The notes beneath the pieces were generated by a model. That model was not told where the DNA came from, searched no databases, and was given only the letters and a program-made list of their open reading frames with translations. DNA of 46,515 bases, taken from the NCBI GenBank assembly GCA_038214755.1, contig JBBQRQ010000033.1, forward strand, positions 1 through 46,515, in the 5' to 3' direction. A program made the position numbers and the translations under genes. Source of the DNA: Verrucomicrobiota bacterium (GTDB taxonomy: Bacteria > Verrucomicrobiota > Verrucomicrobiia > Limisphaerales > CANJXF01). This document shows positions 46,473-46,515 of this stretch, piece after piece; within the stretch, counting starts at the first letter, position 1; each line of letters opens with the position of its first letter.

Positions 46473-46515
46473 GGCGCGGGCGCGCTCGTTGCCCTCTGAA
46501 ACGTTTCCACGTTTG

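Noticed and set aside
1..46515. tRNA, rRNA, prophage or autonomous DDE transposase
   Set aside because: None recognised by eye; a covariance-model scan would be needed to exclude small RNAs

Overview
Bacterial chromosomal window. Gene content and repeat style suggest Verrucomicrobiota, Pedosphaera/Limisphaera-like (inference). It holds about 40 genes: housekeeping and metabolic genes (purM, moeB, purine nucleoside phosphorylase, cdd, fumarase beta subunit, LysR, pilB-type ATPase), carbohydrate genes, four toxin-antitoxin modules (two decayed) and many palindromic REP/MITE-like repeats, several nested. Main observation: the 1439-aa GHMP-kinase/UDP-sugar-pyrophosphorylase fusion gene (13409-17728) carries an apparently intact REP-associated tyrosine transposase (RAYT, HUH/Y1) domain. 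It is inserted in frame in the interdomain linker and bracketed by two translated ~96-bp REP cassettes in direct orientation. Stand-alone palindromic elements are also in frame in the same gene, in purM and in a DUF3999-like gene. Second observation: an uncharacterised ~6.7-kb accessory cluster (20077-26739). It has candidate overlapping divergent promoters sharing a C12 tract, a structured leader with a terminator, a TPR protein, a frameshifted Cys-rich secreted protein and a downstream secreted partner. Also notable: a hybrid kinase lacking its phospho-acceptor His, and Thr-Asn enrichment in some exported proteins. No rRNA, tRNA or CRISPR array was seen. Family assignments come from motif recognition, not database searches.
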